Assembly (NCBI GenBank): GCA_031255595.1 | Contig: JAIRSF010000245.1 | Location: 1 to 43,348, forward strand | Source: Tannerella sp. | Lineage (GTDB): Bacteria > Bacteroidota > Bacteroidia > Bacteroidales > Tannerellaceae | Direction: 5' to 3' | Length of the DNA stretch: 43,348 bases | Shown: positions 1 to 8,970 of the stretch, piece by piece | Layout: every line of letters starts with the position of its first letter | Numbering within the stretch: position 1 is the first letter of the stretch | Translations under genes and position numbers: made by a program | Notes under the pieces: generated by a model | Told to the model about the DNA's origin: nothing | Database searches by the model: none | What the model saw: the letters and a program-made list of their open reading frames with translations, nothing else

Positions 1-179
1 GTAAGCCTTCAGTCAACGCCGTACAGGATATCTAATAGGTATAGATTAATTTTGCCGGCGGCTATGCTATATCCATATCCGTACAGCCATATGCATATGC
101 TGTTGAGAGCGGTTATTCCGACTTTTGCATTAGCTCCGGCATTTTATCCGAAAAAAGTATGAATTTGTTAATTATTTCT

Positions 180-187
180 TACCTTTG
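180..187 (+). promoter_or_regulatory. Bacteroidetes sigma-A -7 element (TACCTTTG) upstream of thrS
   Basis: Matches TAnnTTTG, about 115 bp before the thrS ATG at 302. Confidence 0.6.
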
Positions 188-301
188 CAATCCAAAACAA
201 AAACGTTATCGTTTAGGCAACCCATAAGACGATCATTCACATCGCCTTATTATTGCGGAAAAACGATGTATAACAGAAAACATTTTATAGTCGGAACAAT
301 A

Positions 302-2257
302 ATGATAAAAATTACTTTTCCCGATAACTCGACAAGGGAAATTAAAAAAGGAACAACGGCGCTGCAAATAGCAGAAAGTATCAGCCCCAGATTAGCACAA
401 GATGTTTTAGCCGCAGAAATCAATGGGGAAATATGGGATTTAACACGTCCCATCAACAATGATGTAACATTACGACTCCTGAAATGGGAAGACGAAACCG
501 GCAAACAAACCTTCTGGCATTCAAGCGCACACCTGATGGCAGAAGCATTACAGGAATTATATCCGGAAATAAAATTCGGCATAGGACCCGCCATTGAAAA
601 CGGATTCTATTATGACGTAGACTTGGGCGACATAACCTTGACGGACGCCGACTTCCCCAGCATAGAAGCAAAAATGGCAGAACTGGTTACCCAAAAAGAA
701 GAAATAAAACGTCTGGACGTATCCAAAGCCGACGCAATGACCTTGTTTGAAAACCGCCGCGAGACATATAAAACGGAACTAATAAGCGAACTCGAAGATG
801 GACATATAACAATCTACACGCAAGGCCACTTCACGGATTTATGCCGTGGCCCTCACCTTCCGAACACCTCCTGCATCAAAGCCGTTAAGATCACCGGCAT
901 TGCCGGAGCGTACTGGCGGGGAGACGAAAAGCGCAAGCAATTAACGCGCATATACGGCATCACATTTCCGAAGAAAAAAATGCTGGATGAACATCTTGCA
1001 CTGATCGAAGAAGCCCAAAAACGCGACCATCGCAAAATCGGAAAAGAACTCGAATTGTTCGCCTTTTCGTCCAACGTAGGTGCAGGACTTCCGCTTTGGC
1101 TACCACGAGGCGCCCAACTACGCCTGAAACTGGAAGATTTCCTCAAAAAAATACAAAAAAAACACGGCTATCAACAAGTAATGACTCCGCATATAGGAGG
1201 AAAGCAACTATATATCACATCCGGTCATTACGAAAAATACGGAAAAGATTCATTCCAACCCATTCGCACCCCCCAGGAAGGAGAAGAATTTCTACTGAAG
1301 CCGATGAACTGCCCGCATCACTGCGAAATTTATAAAACATTCCCGCGTTCATACAAAGACCTTCCCCTACGTATTGCCGAATTTGGAACCGTATACCGTT
1401 ACGAACAAAGCGGCGAACTGCACGGACTAACGCGTGTACGGGGATTTACACAGGACGATGCCCACATATTCTGCCGTCCGGACCAGTTAAAAGATGAATT
1501 TCAGAAAGTGATGGATATCATTTTCATCATATTTAAAGCACTAAAGTTCGATAAATTTGAAGCGCAAATATCGCTTCGCGATCCGGGAAATAAAGAAAAA
1601 TACATCGGATCGGATGAAAGCTGGAACAAAGCGGAACGTGCAATAATCGAAGCCTGCGAAGAAAAAAAACTGCCTGCGAAAATCGAATTAGGCGAAGCGG
1701 CCTTCTATGGCCCTAAACTTGATTTCATGGTAAAAGACGCGATCGGCAGACGCTGGCAGTTAGGAACAATTCAAGTTGACTATAACCTGCCGGAGCGATT
1801 CGAACTGGAATATACCGGCGAAGATAACCGGAAGCATCGCCCTGTCATGATTCATCGCGCACCATTCGGCTCCATGGAGCGCTTTGTCGCCGTCCTGATA
1901 GAACATACTTCCGGAAAATTCCCGCTGTGGCTGACCCCTGACCAGGTTGCCGTACTGCCTATCGGAGAAAGATTCAACAATTATGCCTACAAGGTAGCGC
2001 ATAAACTGGAAAAAAACGACATAAGCGTTATAGTTGACGATCGTAATGAAAAAATAGGCCGTAAGATACGCGACAATGAACTTAAACGCATACCCTACAT
2101 GCTTATCGTCGGAGAAAAAGAAATGGAAAATGATGAAGTCTCGGTAAGAAAACAAGGCGAAGGCGACAAAGGTTCGATTAAAATCACTACCTTCGCAACG
2201 CAAATTTTGAAAGAAATTGACGAAATGATAAATAAACAAAAAAAACAATGGAATTAA
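302..2257 (+). CDS. thrS: Threonine--tRNA ligase
   Basis: TGS N-terminus (MIKITFPD), [46 protein letters not shown]. Start moved from TTG 185 (inside the promoter) to ATG 302. Confidence 0.98.
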   Translation: MIKITFPDNSTREIKKGTTALQIAESISPRLAQDVLAAEINGEIWDLTRPINNDVTLRLLKWEDETGKQTFWHSSAHLMAEALQELYPEIKFGIGPAIENGFYYDVDLGDITLTDADFPSIEAKMAELVTQKEEIKRLDVSKADAMTLFENRRETYKTELISELEDGHITIYTQGHFTDLCRGPHLPNTSCIKAVKITGIAGAYWRGDEKRKQLTRIYGITFPKKKMLDEHLALIEEAQKRDHRKIGKELELFAFSSNVGAGLPLWLPRGAQLRLKLEDFLKKIQKKHGYQQVMTPHIGGKQLYITSGHYEKYGKDSFQPIRTPQEGEEFLLKPMNCPHHCEIYKTFPRSYKDLPLRIAEFGTVYRYEQSGELHGLTRVRGFTQDDAHIFCRPDQLKDEFQKVMDIIFIIFKALKFDKFEAQISLRDPGNKEKYIGSDESWNKAERAIIEACEEKKLPAKIELGEAAFYGPKLDFMVKDAIGRRWQLGTIQVDYNLPERFELEYTGEDNRKHRPVMIHRAPFGSMERFVAVLIEHTSGKFPLWLTPDQVAVLPIGERFNNYAYKVAHKLEKNDISVIVDDRNEKIGRKIRDNELKRIPYMLIVGEKEMENDEVSVRKQGEGDKGSIKITTFATQILKEIDEMINKQKKQWN

Positions 2258-2277
2258 AAAAATAGGAGGTAAATATT

Positions 2278-2907
2278 ATACATAAAAAATCAATGAGATT
2301 CGATCGTAATAAAGAGCAATACAGAATCAACGAACGTATAAACGTTCCTGAAGTTCGCTTGGTCGGCGACGATATAACGCCAGGAGTTTATCTTACTTCC
2401 AACGCATTACAAATGGCTGAAGACATGGGATTCGATCTGGTAGAAATTTCCCCAAATGCCAATCCTCCTGTATGTAAAATTATCGATTATCAAAAATTTC
2501 TTTACCAGCAAAAAAAACGTCAGAAAGAACAAAAGGCGAAAGCATTAAAGATTGTCGTGAAAGAAATCAGATTTGGGCCGCAAACCGATGACCACGACTA
2601 CAATTTCAAACTGAGACACGCGAAACAATTTCTGGAAGAAGGAGCAAAAGTGAAAGCATATGTGTTTTTTAAAGGACGCTCCATTCTATTCAAAGAACAG
2701 GGAGAAGTTCTATTACTTCGGTTTGCAAACGATCTGGAAGAATACGGAAAAGTAGAACAAATGCCTGTATTGGAAGGGAAACGAATGATTATCATGTTAT
2801 CTCCCGCTTCCAAAAAAGGAGGAACACCGAAACCATCCTCGTCAAAAAATGAAAAACAGGATGCACCCGGCCCAAAAACAAATGAAGACAAAGATGAAAC
2901 CAAATAG
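2278..2907 (+). CDS. infC: Translation initiation factor IF-3 (start probably ATA 2278 or ATT 2275; first ATG at 2293)
   Basis: [35 protein letters not shown]; lies between thrS and rpmI. Confidence 0.97.
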   Translation: MHKKSMRFDRNKEQYRINERINVPEVRLVGDDITPGVYLTSNALQMAEDMGFDLVEISPNANPPVCKIIDYQKFLYQQKKRQKEQKAKALKIVVKEIRFGPQTDDHDYNFKLRHAKQFLEEGAKVKAYVFFKGRSILFKEQGEVLLLRFANDLEEYGKVEQMPVLEGKRMIIMLSPASKKGGTPKPSSSKNEKQDAPGPKTNEDKDETK

Positions 2908-2967
2908 CATTTCCGCGAGGGGATGATTTATAATTAACTAATTCAATCAATATTTAAAATTCAGGTT

Positions 2968-3165
2968 ATGCCAAAATTGAAAACTAATTCCGGTTCAAAA
3001 AAAAGGTTTGCCCTTACCGGAACGGGTAAAATCAAGAGAAAACATGCTTTTAAAAGTCACATTCTGACCAAGAAAACTAAAAAGCAGAAGAGAAATCTGA
3101 CTCATACAGGGTTAGTAGCTAATGCGGACATAAACAACATCAAGAAGTTACTTTGTCTGAAATAA
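2968..3165 (+). CDS. rpmI: 50S ribosomal protein L35
   Basis: [14 protein letters not shown]...HILTKK; operon context. Confidence 0.98.
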   Translation: MPKLKTNSGSKKRFALTGTGKIKRKHAFKSHILTKKTKKQKRNLTHTGLVANADINNIKKLLCLK

Positions 3166-3203
3166 TTAAATCATTAGCAAGAGTTTATTACATTTTATTA
3201 ACC

Positions 3204-3250
3204 GAATGATTAGCACCCAAGATCATCCTAAAAAGGTGGCGCTAACATTC
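3204..3250 (+). promoter_or_regulatory. Stem-loop in the rpmI-rplT spacer, candidate L20 leader
   Basis: GAATG-A-TTAGC (3204-3214) pairs with GCTAA-CATTC (3241-3250), with an inner stem CA-T-CCT/AGGTG. Confidence 0.45.
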
Positions 3251-3266
3251 AAAAAAAATTAGAATT

Positions 3267-3614
3267 ATGCCAAGATCAGTAAATCACGTTGCTTCAAGAG
3301 CAAAAAGAAAACGGATTTTGAAACTTACGAGAGGCTATTTCGGCGCTCGTAAAAACGTATGGACTGTAGCAAAGAACACCTGGGAAAAAGGTTTAACGTA
3401 TGCTTTTCGTGACCGTCGTAACAAAAAACGTAATTTCCGCGCATTGTGGATACAACGTATAAATGCCGGAGCGCGTATGGAAGGATTATCGTATTCACGC
3501 CTGATGGGCGGGTTAAAAGAAGCCGGTATTGAAATCAACCGTAAGGTGCTGGCCGATTTAGCTATGAATAACCCGGAAGCGTTCAAAGCCATTGTCGCCA
3601 AGGCAAAGAAGTGA
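3267..3614 (+). CDS. rplT: 50S ribosomal protein L20
   Basis: MPRSVN...[20 protein letters not shown]...[10 protein letters not shown]. Confidence 0.98.
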   Translation: MPRSVNHVASRAKRKRILKLTRGYFGARKNVWTVAKNTWEKGLTYAFRDRRNKKRNFRALWIQRINAGARMEGLSYSRLMGGLKEAGIEINRKVLADLAMNNPEAFKAIVAKAKK

Positions 3615-3620
3615 AATAAC

Positions 3621-3679
3621 AAAAACGGATAATGTTAAAAACGATTTTTTTACCGTTATTTCTTGCATTATCCGTTTTT
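3621..3679 (+). terminator. Inverted repeat / probable terminator after rplT
   Basis: AAAAACGGATAATG...CATTATCCGTTTTT, a 14-bp inverted repeat followed by T-rich sequence. Confidence 0.65.
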
Positions 3680-4044
3680 CTTTATTTACTTTGTGAGAAA
3701 GAAATGAGTTAAGCCGCACTTGTTCGATTGGAAAACTCATCAGAATATACTAAAATTCCGAGGCAAGCTCTTGCTGTTAATGGCGGGCCGCAATTCTTTC
3801 GGGAAAATGCTTATGCACAGCGGATTACAAAGACAGCAAAGGCACTCAAATCCTGTCATACGGAGTTTACACACATCTACAGTGCGGCTTTTATACACCT
3901 CCCCTGTTTCTCCTTCCATCATGGAACAGAAAAAGGGGAGGTTGTATTATACACACAAACGGAACTTTACCAGCTGAAACCACAACACCCAAACAACCCA
4001 ATAAAAACAACGCTAATAACCCTTTATATTCCATAAAAATATTG

Positions 4045-4052
4045 TAATTTTG
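4045..4052 (+). promoter_or_regulatory. -7 element (TAATTTTG) for the AlbA_2 gene
   Basis: TAnnTTTG about 20 bp upstream of ATG 4072. Confidence 0.55.
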
Positions 4053-4071
4053 CACTTTAATTATTCTCAAT

Positions 4072-5376
4072 ATGCCTGAAACTCAAAACGTAGAGTATAA
4101 ATCCGTTTGGAAAGACGAGTATCTGCGGTGGATATGTGGCTTTGCCAACGCACAAGGTGGTACACTCATTATCGGCAAAGACGATGAGGGTAATATCGTT
4201 GGCGTAAAAAATGTCGAAAAACTGTTGAAAGATCTACCTAATAAAATAACCACCATTTTGGGTATTGTTGCCGATGTAAACCTGCACGAAACAGAGCAAG
4301 GCAATTTTATAGAAATCATTGTTGAGCCACATCCCAACCCTGTAAACTACAAAGGCGAGTACCATTACCGCAGTGGCAGCACCAAACAGGAATTAAAAGG
4401 CGCAGCATTAGATAAATTTCTGTTACGCAAATACGGTAGAAAGTGGGACAGCGTAGTAATTCCAAATGTTCCAATTTCAGAACTGAAACAGGAAACTTTT
4501 ATCTTTTTCAAAGAAAAAGGCATAGAAAGCAAGCGTTTGAACGAAAGTAACCGTAACGACACTCCCGAACAAGTGCTTAATAATCTGAATCTAATAGAAA
4601 ATAAACATTTAAAAAGAGCGGCATTGTTGCTCTTCCACCCCGACCCCGAAAAGTTTGTTACCGGCGCATTTATCAAAATCGGATTTTTCCGTACTAATAC
4701 AGACTTGTTATTTCAAGACACCATTCACGGTAATTTGTTTGAGCAGATTGAGCGAACAATGGAATTACTACTTACCAAATACACCAAAGCTTTTATTAGT
4801 TACAAAGGGTTGTCGCGAATAGAAACCTACGAATATCCCGAAGATGCTTTGCGAGAAGCACTTTTAAACTCGATTTCACATAAGGATTACGCGGGCTGTA
4901 CGCCTATCCAAATAAGCGTTTATGTCGATAAGGTTATGATTTGGAATATGGGGCAATTGCCTGAAAATTGGACTGTTGATATGTTGCAACAAAAACACTC
5001 CTCAATTCCCTATAATCCTGATATTGCCAATGCGTTTTTCCGTAGCGGTTATGTTGAGGCGTGGGGGCGAGGCATTGAAAAAATCAACGAACAATGTACA
5101 GATGCCGGTTTGCCTTTGCCTTTGATAACTTATAATCATTCAGGTTATTGGGTGGAATTTCGCAAATCACTTGATTTGAGTAGTTTAAAATTAAACGACA
5201 GACAATTAGATGCTTTATCTTATTTCAAAGCCAAAGGCGAAATAACAAGTTCGGAATACGCAGCAAAATATAATATTTCCGATAGAACGGCACGCCGTGA
5301 TTTGTCCGGGTTGGCTGAAAAGGAATTACTTAAAAATGAAGGAAATAATAAACTTTCCCGCTATATTTTCCCTTAA
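4072..5376 (+). CDS. AlbA_2 (Schlafen-like) + HATPase_c_4 ('RecG C-terminal') + winged-HTH protein
   Basis: E..NVEYKS, FANAQGGTLIIGKDD, YPEDALREALLNSISHKDY, NPDIANAF, VEAWGRGI, C-terminal ISDRTARRDL HTH. Confidence 0.85.
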   Translation: MPETQNVEYKSVWKDEYLRWICGFANAQGGTLIIGKDDEGNIVGVKNVEKLLKDLPNKITTILGIVADVNLHETEQGNFIEIIVEPHPNPVNYKGEYHYRSGSTKQELKGAALDKFLLRKYGRKWDSVVIPNVPISELKQETFIFFKEKGIESKRLNESNRNDTPEQVLNNLNLIENKHLKRAALLLFHPDPEKFVTGAFIKIGFFRTNTDLLFQDTIHGNLFEQIERTMELLLTKYTKAFISYKGLSRIETYEYPEDALREALLNSISHKDYAGCTPIQISVYVDKVMIWNMGQLPENWTVDMLQQKHSSIPYNPDIANAFFRSGYVEAWGRGIEKINEQCTDAGLPLPLITYNHSGYWVEFRKSLDLSSLKLNDRQLDALSYFKAKGEITSSEYAAKYNISDRTARRDLSGLAEKELLKNEGNNKLSRYIFP

Positions 5377-5418
5377 ATGTCCGATAAATGTCCGGTAGGC
5401 GTCCGCAATGTCCGATAA
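5377..5418 (+). repeat. Degenerate ~11-bp tandem repeat (ATGTCCGATAA-like, 4 copies)
   Basis: ATGTCCGATAA ATGTCCGGTAG GCGTCCGCA ATGTCCGATAA immediately after the stop codon. Confidence 0.7.
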
Positions 5419-5440
5419 AAAAAATAAGGTGTTCGGGGAA

Positions 5441-6673
5441 TCAGTGTTTTTTCATGATGCTGTTCACTACGCGGATAGACGAAACCAACTTGTCGGTGGA
5501 GGTGAAAACATCTACGTTCCAGACATGAGAAGATCGCCCCCGGTGTATAATAGTGCCTACGGCACGAACCGTATCGCCTTCATGAGCCGAAGACAGATGA
5601 TTTCCGCTAACCTGCATACCTACCATCATCTCATCCGGTTTACACAGCGTCAGGGAACCTAACCCCGCCACCGTTTCGGCCAATGCCAGTGTAGCGCCTC
5701 CATGCAAAATACCGAAAGGCTGGCGCGTACGTTCGTCAACAGGCATGGTCGCCTCCACCCGTTCTTCCGAAGCATAGGTATATTGAATACCCAGGTTTCC
5801 CATTAATGCATGTTTAGCCGATTCGTTAAGCTTATCCAACGGTATTTCCGCCGGACGTATTCCCGATATAATATAATTCTCTATGGCTACGGCAACACCG
5901 CCCTCGTCGTTCGTCAACGTCACATAATCGGCGCAAGCTTTGACCGATTCCTGCGCATTTCCCATAGCGATCCCAAGCCCGGCCAATTGGATCATACTCA
6001 CATCGCAAACGCCGTCGCCTATAGCTACAATATTCTCAGAATCCACTTTGAGCATTTCCAGCAATACACTCAGCGTATTGGCCTTGTCGATAAAGGGAGG
6101 AACGACTTCCAAAAAATATTTTTCGGAACGGAAGACATTCAGTTCACCCGCCAATCTTTTCCTCCAGTGATTTTCAAGTTCGATCAAAGCTTCTTCATCA
6201 TCGCTGACGATCATACACTTACAAGGAGAAAAGCAGACGGCTTCCGCAAAGTTTTCAACTTCACGAATATGCATGTTGTTCAGTTCGGCTTCCTGAATAA
6301 TGTGTTCATTCGAAGCATTATTCGTATAAATGGTATCTTTGTGATATGTAAAGATATCAAACCCGATTTTCTTCACTTTTCGTTCCAGATAAGGAATCAT
6401 TTCCGGGTTCACACGTTTCTCAAACAAGAGTTCACCGGTTTGTACATTAATAATTTGTCCGCCGTTATACGAGAGTATATACCCTTCATTTTTATCCAGA
6501 TCCAACTCTTTTGCCAGAGGAAGAACACCATAGGTAGGGCGTCCGGACGCCAATACAAGACGTATCCCCATCTGCTGAATCTTTATCAACGCCGCCCGCA
6601 TACGGGCGGTTATAATCTTATCATTATTAAGCAACGTGCCGTCAACATCAAGCACAATCATTTTATACTTCAT
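5441..6673 (-). CDS. Cof-type HAD-IIB hydrolase fused to a hotdog-fold (PaaI/MenI-like) thioesterase
   Basis: DVDGTLL, ASGRP, IGDGVCDVSM, AMGNA; C-terminal TRQPFGILHGGATLALAET. Confidence 0.9.
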   Translation of the reverse strand: MKYKMIVLDVDGTLLNNDKIITARMRAALIKIQQMGIRLVLASGRPTYGVLPLAKELDLDKNEGYILSYNGGQIINVQTGELLFEKRVNPEMIPYLERKVKKIGFDIFTYHKDTIYTNNASNEHIIQEAELNNMHIREVENFAEAVCFSPCKCMIVSDDEEALIELENHWRKRLAGELNVFRSEKYFLEVVPPFIDKANTLSVLLEMLKVDSENIVAIGDGVCDVSMIQLAGLGIAMGNAQESVKACADYVTLTNDEGGVAVAIENYIISGIRPAEIPLDKLNESAKHALMGNLGIQYTYASEERVEATMPVDERTRQPFGILHGGATLALAETVAGLGSLTLCKPDEMMVGMQVSGNHLSSAHEGDTVRAVGTIIHRGRSSHVWNVDVFTSTDKLVSSIRVVNSIMKKH

Positions 6674-6700
6674 ACCGCTGAGATTTAAAACCTTATTCTA

Positions 6701-7339
6701 CTACTGTTGTATAATCGCTTCATGATAGAATCTACGACATTGAGCTTTTGTTATCTTTATCATATGAAACGAAGCGTTCCCCAGATTACAGACAAACATT
6801 TCATGTATCTGTGAAATATACAGGTAGGCATATCTTTTTTCATTTGCCGTCTGCAACTTCATGATATAAGAAATGGTTGAATCTAACATATGGTTCGTCA
6901 GGCTCTCTTTCGAAAAAACATACAAACCATATTCCGCAAAATCACCGTAAAACCCATCCGAAACTTTCCGCACCTTACTTTCTATGACCCTCTTTAACGG
7001 TAATGCGGCAGACCAATATTCGTATTCTACCTTCCCCATCAAATGATCATGAATACCATACCCATATCCATACCTTGTCATATCAATCCATTCATCTTCC
7101 GAAACTTCCATAACGGGACGGCCTGCTATTTCATTAATCAAAGCATGGGCGACCTCCTTATTTTCCCGGATCGCACGTGTAACTTCTATCCCGATACCAA
7201 GCTCCGGATCCTGCAAGTCCGGGCGGTCTTCATTCTTTAACCCGGCGAAGCGTTCATCAACCAGCTCTATCAACGAAATACGGGCATACCGTTCGAAAAA
7301 ATTCGTATCGTATTGTGATTTCCGATTTTCATCCATCAT
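6701..7339 (-). CDS. Hypothetical protein with a PD...EVT motif
   Basis: ORF of ~212 aa with its own promoter motif; EDRPDLQD...GIEVTRA. Confidence 0.65.
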   Translation of the reverse strand: MMDENRKSQYDTNFFERYARISLIELVDERFAGLKNEDRPDLQDPELGIGIEVTRAIRENKEVAHALINEIAGRPVMEVSEDEWIDMTRYGYGYGIHDHLMGKVEYEYWSAALPLKRVIESKVRKVSDGFYGDFAEYGLYVFSKESLTNHMLDSTISYIMKLQTANEKRYAYLYISQIHEMFVCNLGNASFHMIKITKAQCRRFYHEAIIQQ

Positions 7340-7390
7340 TTTCAACGTGATCTGTAATCAAATTTTCCGTATGATTTATAATCAAGGTTT

Positions 7391-7421
7391 CAAAGGTAAT
7401 GTAAATCGGATACAATACAAA
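7391..7421 (-). promoter_or_regulatory. Bacteroidetes promoter (TTTG-19 bp-TACCTTTG)
   Basis: Both consensus elements on the minus strand upstream of the hypothetical gene. Confidence 0.6.
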
Positions 7422-7492
7422 ATATGTCCGTTTATTTTTTCATCGACACATACCGGTCACCACAAAATCGGTAATCAGGCAGGGCGCATCAT

Positions 7493-7531
7493 AAAGAAAA
7501 AGACCGATGATCAACACCGGTCTTTTTCTTT
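7493..7531. terminator. Intrinsic terminator downstream of the OmpA gene
   Basis: AAAGAAAAAGACCG-N11-CGGTCTTTTTCTTT. Confidence 0.85.
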
Positions 7532-7550
7532 GCCTTATAAAAGGTTCCAA

Positions 7551-8714
7551 TTACTTCTTGTTGGTATCCATGATAACCACGCGGTTCCAATTATTAATTT
7601 CATAAGGCTGTTGCGTATCGCCTTTCCATTCAATCGAAATTCTTTCCGTAGGAATTCCATATTGGTCGGTAAGCCTTTTAGCAACGGCTTTCGCACGTCT
7701 TTCCGAAAGGCCCTGGTTATAATCGGCAGTACCCGTTTTCTTATCCGCATACCCAACCACTTTGATCGGCAGGTTATGTTCCTTCGCATATTCGGAAGTA
7801 TTGAAAATATTACCTTCCTGATTCTTATCGATCACAGAACTGTTAAGACGGAAGAATACAACATTTTTCATACTTTCAACCTGCTCAATTTTAGGCTCGG
7901 CTTTCGGACATTCGGGGCATGATTTCGGGCGTTTGCTCAATTCGTCGTTCTGAGCGCGCAACGCATTAATCTGAGAGTTCAAATCATTCAGCAAATCATA
8001 ATCCATCGGTTCGATGACTTCAAAATTAGTTCTGCCCAATTTAAAGTTAAATCCTAACAACGCCTGAACGACACGATCCTGTTCCTGTCCCATATCCGTA
8101 CGGTTAAATTGCTCATTCAGCAAAGTATACTGACCTTCGAGGAACAGATCCACACGATTGCTCAAGCGGAAAGGTATCTGAAGACCCAAATTAATGGAAG
8201 GAGATTCCGAACGTTTGTAAGCAATACCGTCTACCGTTATACCCGGACGAAGCGCATAACCAAGCCCTACAAACGGGATAAGACGAACCGCTTTCTTTTC
8301 ATCGTAAGGAGCCCAATAATTCGTGATATCCCACATAACATCCAAATGTGCATTTCCATACAGGAAATCCTGATGAGATAATCCGGTCTGACCGGCCAAT
8401 ACCCTGAAGTTATTCAGTTGACCTCCATTAATCTGCAAACGTACAGCCGTATAGGGATTATACCACTTTCCAATCGATAAACCCGCAGCCCAATTGACGC
8501 GATCGCCGAAATCAGCATCACTGTTCTGATCACCAAACAACATACTTGCACCACCACCAAGAGAAATAAACCAATTGTCGCTCGCTTTATTCTTCTTGAA
8601 ATTCACTTTAGAGCCATTTTCCGTACTAAATCCAACCTGGGGTTGATATTCCTGTGCAGAAACCGACATTACAACACCACATAAAAAAGCTAATAGTAAA
8701 ACTTTCGTTTTCAT
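7551..8714 (-). CDS. OmpA family outer membrane protein (Porphyromonas Omp40/41-like)
   Basis: Signal peptide, beta-barrel, coiled coil with CPECP, C-terminal VVGYADKKTG...LSERRAKAV...WNRVVI. Confidence 0.92.
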   Translation of the reverse strand: MKTKVLLLAFLCGVVMSVSAQEYQPQVGFSTENGSKVNFKKNKASDNWFISLGGGASMLFGDQNSDADFGDRVNWAAGLSIGKWYNPYTAVRLQINGGQLNNFRVLAGQTGLSHQDFLYGNAHLDVMWDITNYWAPYDEKKAVRLIPFVGLGYALRPGITVDGIAYKRSESPSINLGLQIPFRLSNRVDLFLEGQYTLLNEQFNRTDMGQEQDRVVQALLGFNFKLGRTNFEVIEPMDYDLLNDLNSQINALRAQNDELSKRPKSCPECPKAEPKIEQVESMKNVVFFRLNSSVIDKNQEGNIFNTSEYAKEHNLPIKVVGYADKKTGTADYNQGLSERRAKAVAKRLTDQYGIPTERISIEWKGDTQQPYEINNWNRVVIMDTNKK

Positions 8715-8814
8715 AATTATACATTTTAATTTAACAATAACTTTTCTTTCTCATTCTAATAACCTACATAATGCTGAACTATGCTTTCCGTAATATTTTC
8801 AACAATTGTTCATG

Positions 8815-8846
8815 CAAAGATAACCCTATTTTTCAATTAAAGCAAA
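8815..8846 (-). promoter_or_regulatory. Promoter of the OmpA gene (TTTG-20 bp-TATCTTTG)
   Basis: Consensus -33/-7 elements with 20-bp spacing. Confidence 0.7.
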
Positions 8847-8970
8847 TAATGCTATTTTTTTTCCTTTTTTTTTATCAATCACAAGATAGATAATATAAAT
8901 AAATCTATTAATCAGTCATTTACAATTGTGCTATTTTTGAGCTACATTGTACAGGCAATATATAAAACAA

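Noticed and set aside
1-110. Short palindromes at the window start (e.g. CATATGCATATG)
   Set aside because: Too short and irregular to support a repeat or RNA call, and upstream context is missing
185-301. 39-aa N-terminal extension of ThrRS from TTG 185
   Set aside because: The TTG is part of the TACCTTTG promoter element; ThrRS homology starts at ATG 302
3558-4036. Short ORFs of 60-102 aa after rplT
   Set aside because: They overlap each other, mostly use non-ATG starts, have no recognisable motifs and cross hairpins
5810-6688. 292-aa plus-strand ORF and similar long antisense ORFs (7347-7922, 15828-16355, 28251-28814, 33487-34107)
   Set aside because: Shadow frames opposite or overlapping well-supported genes, with no domain signatures
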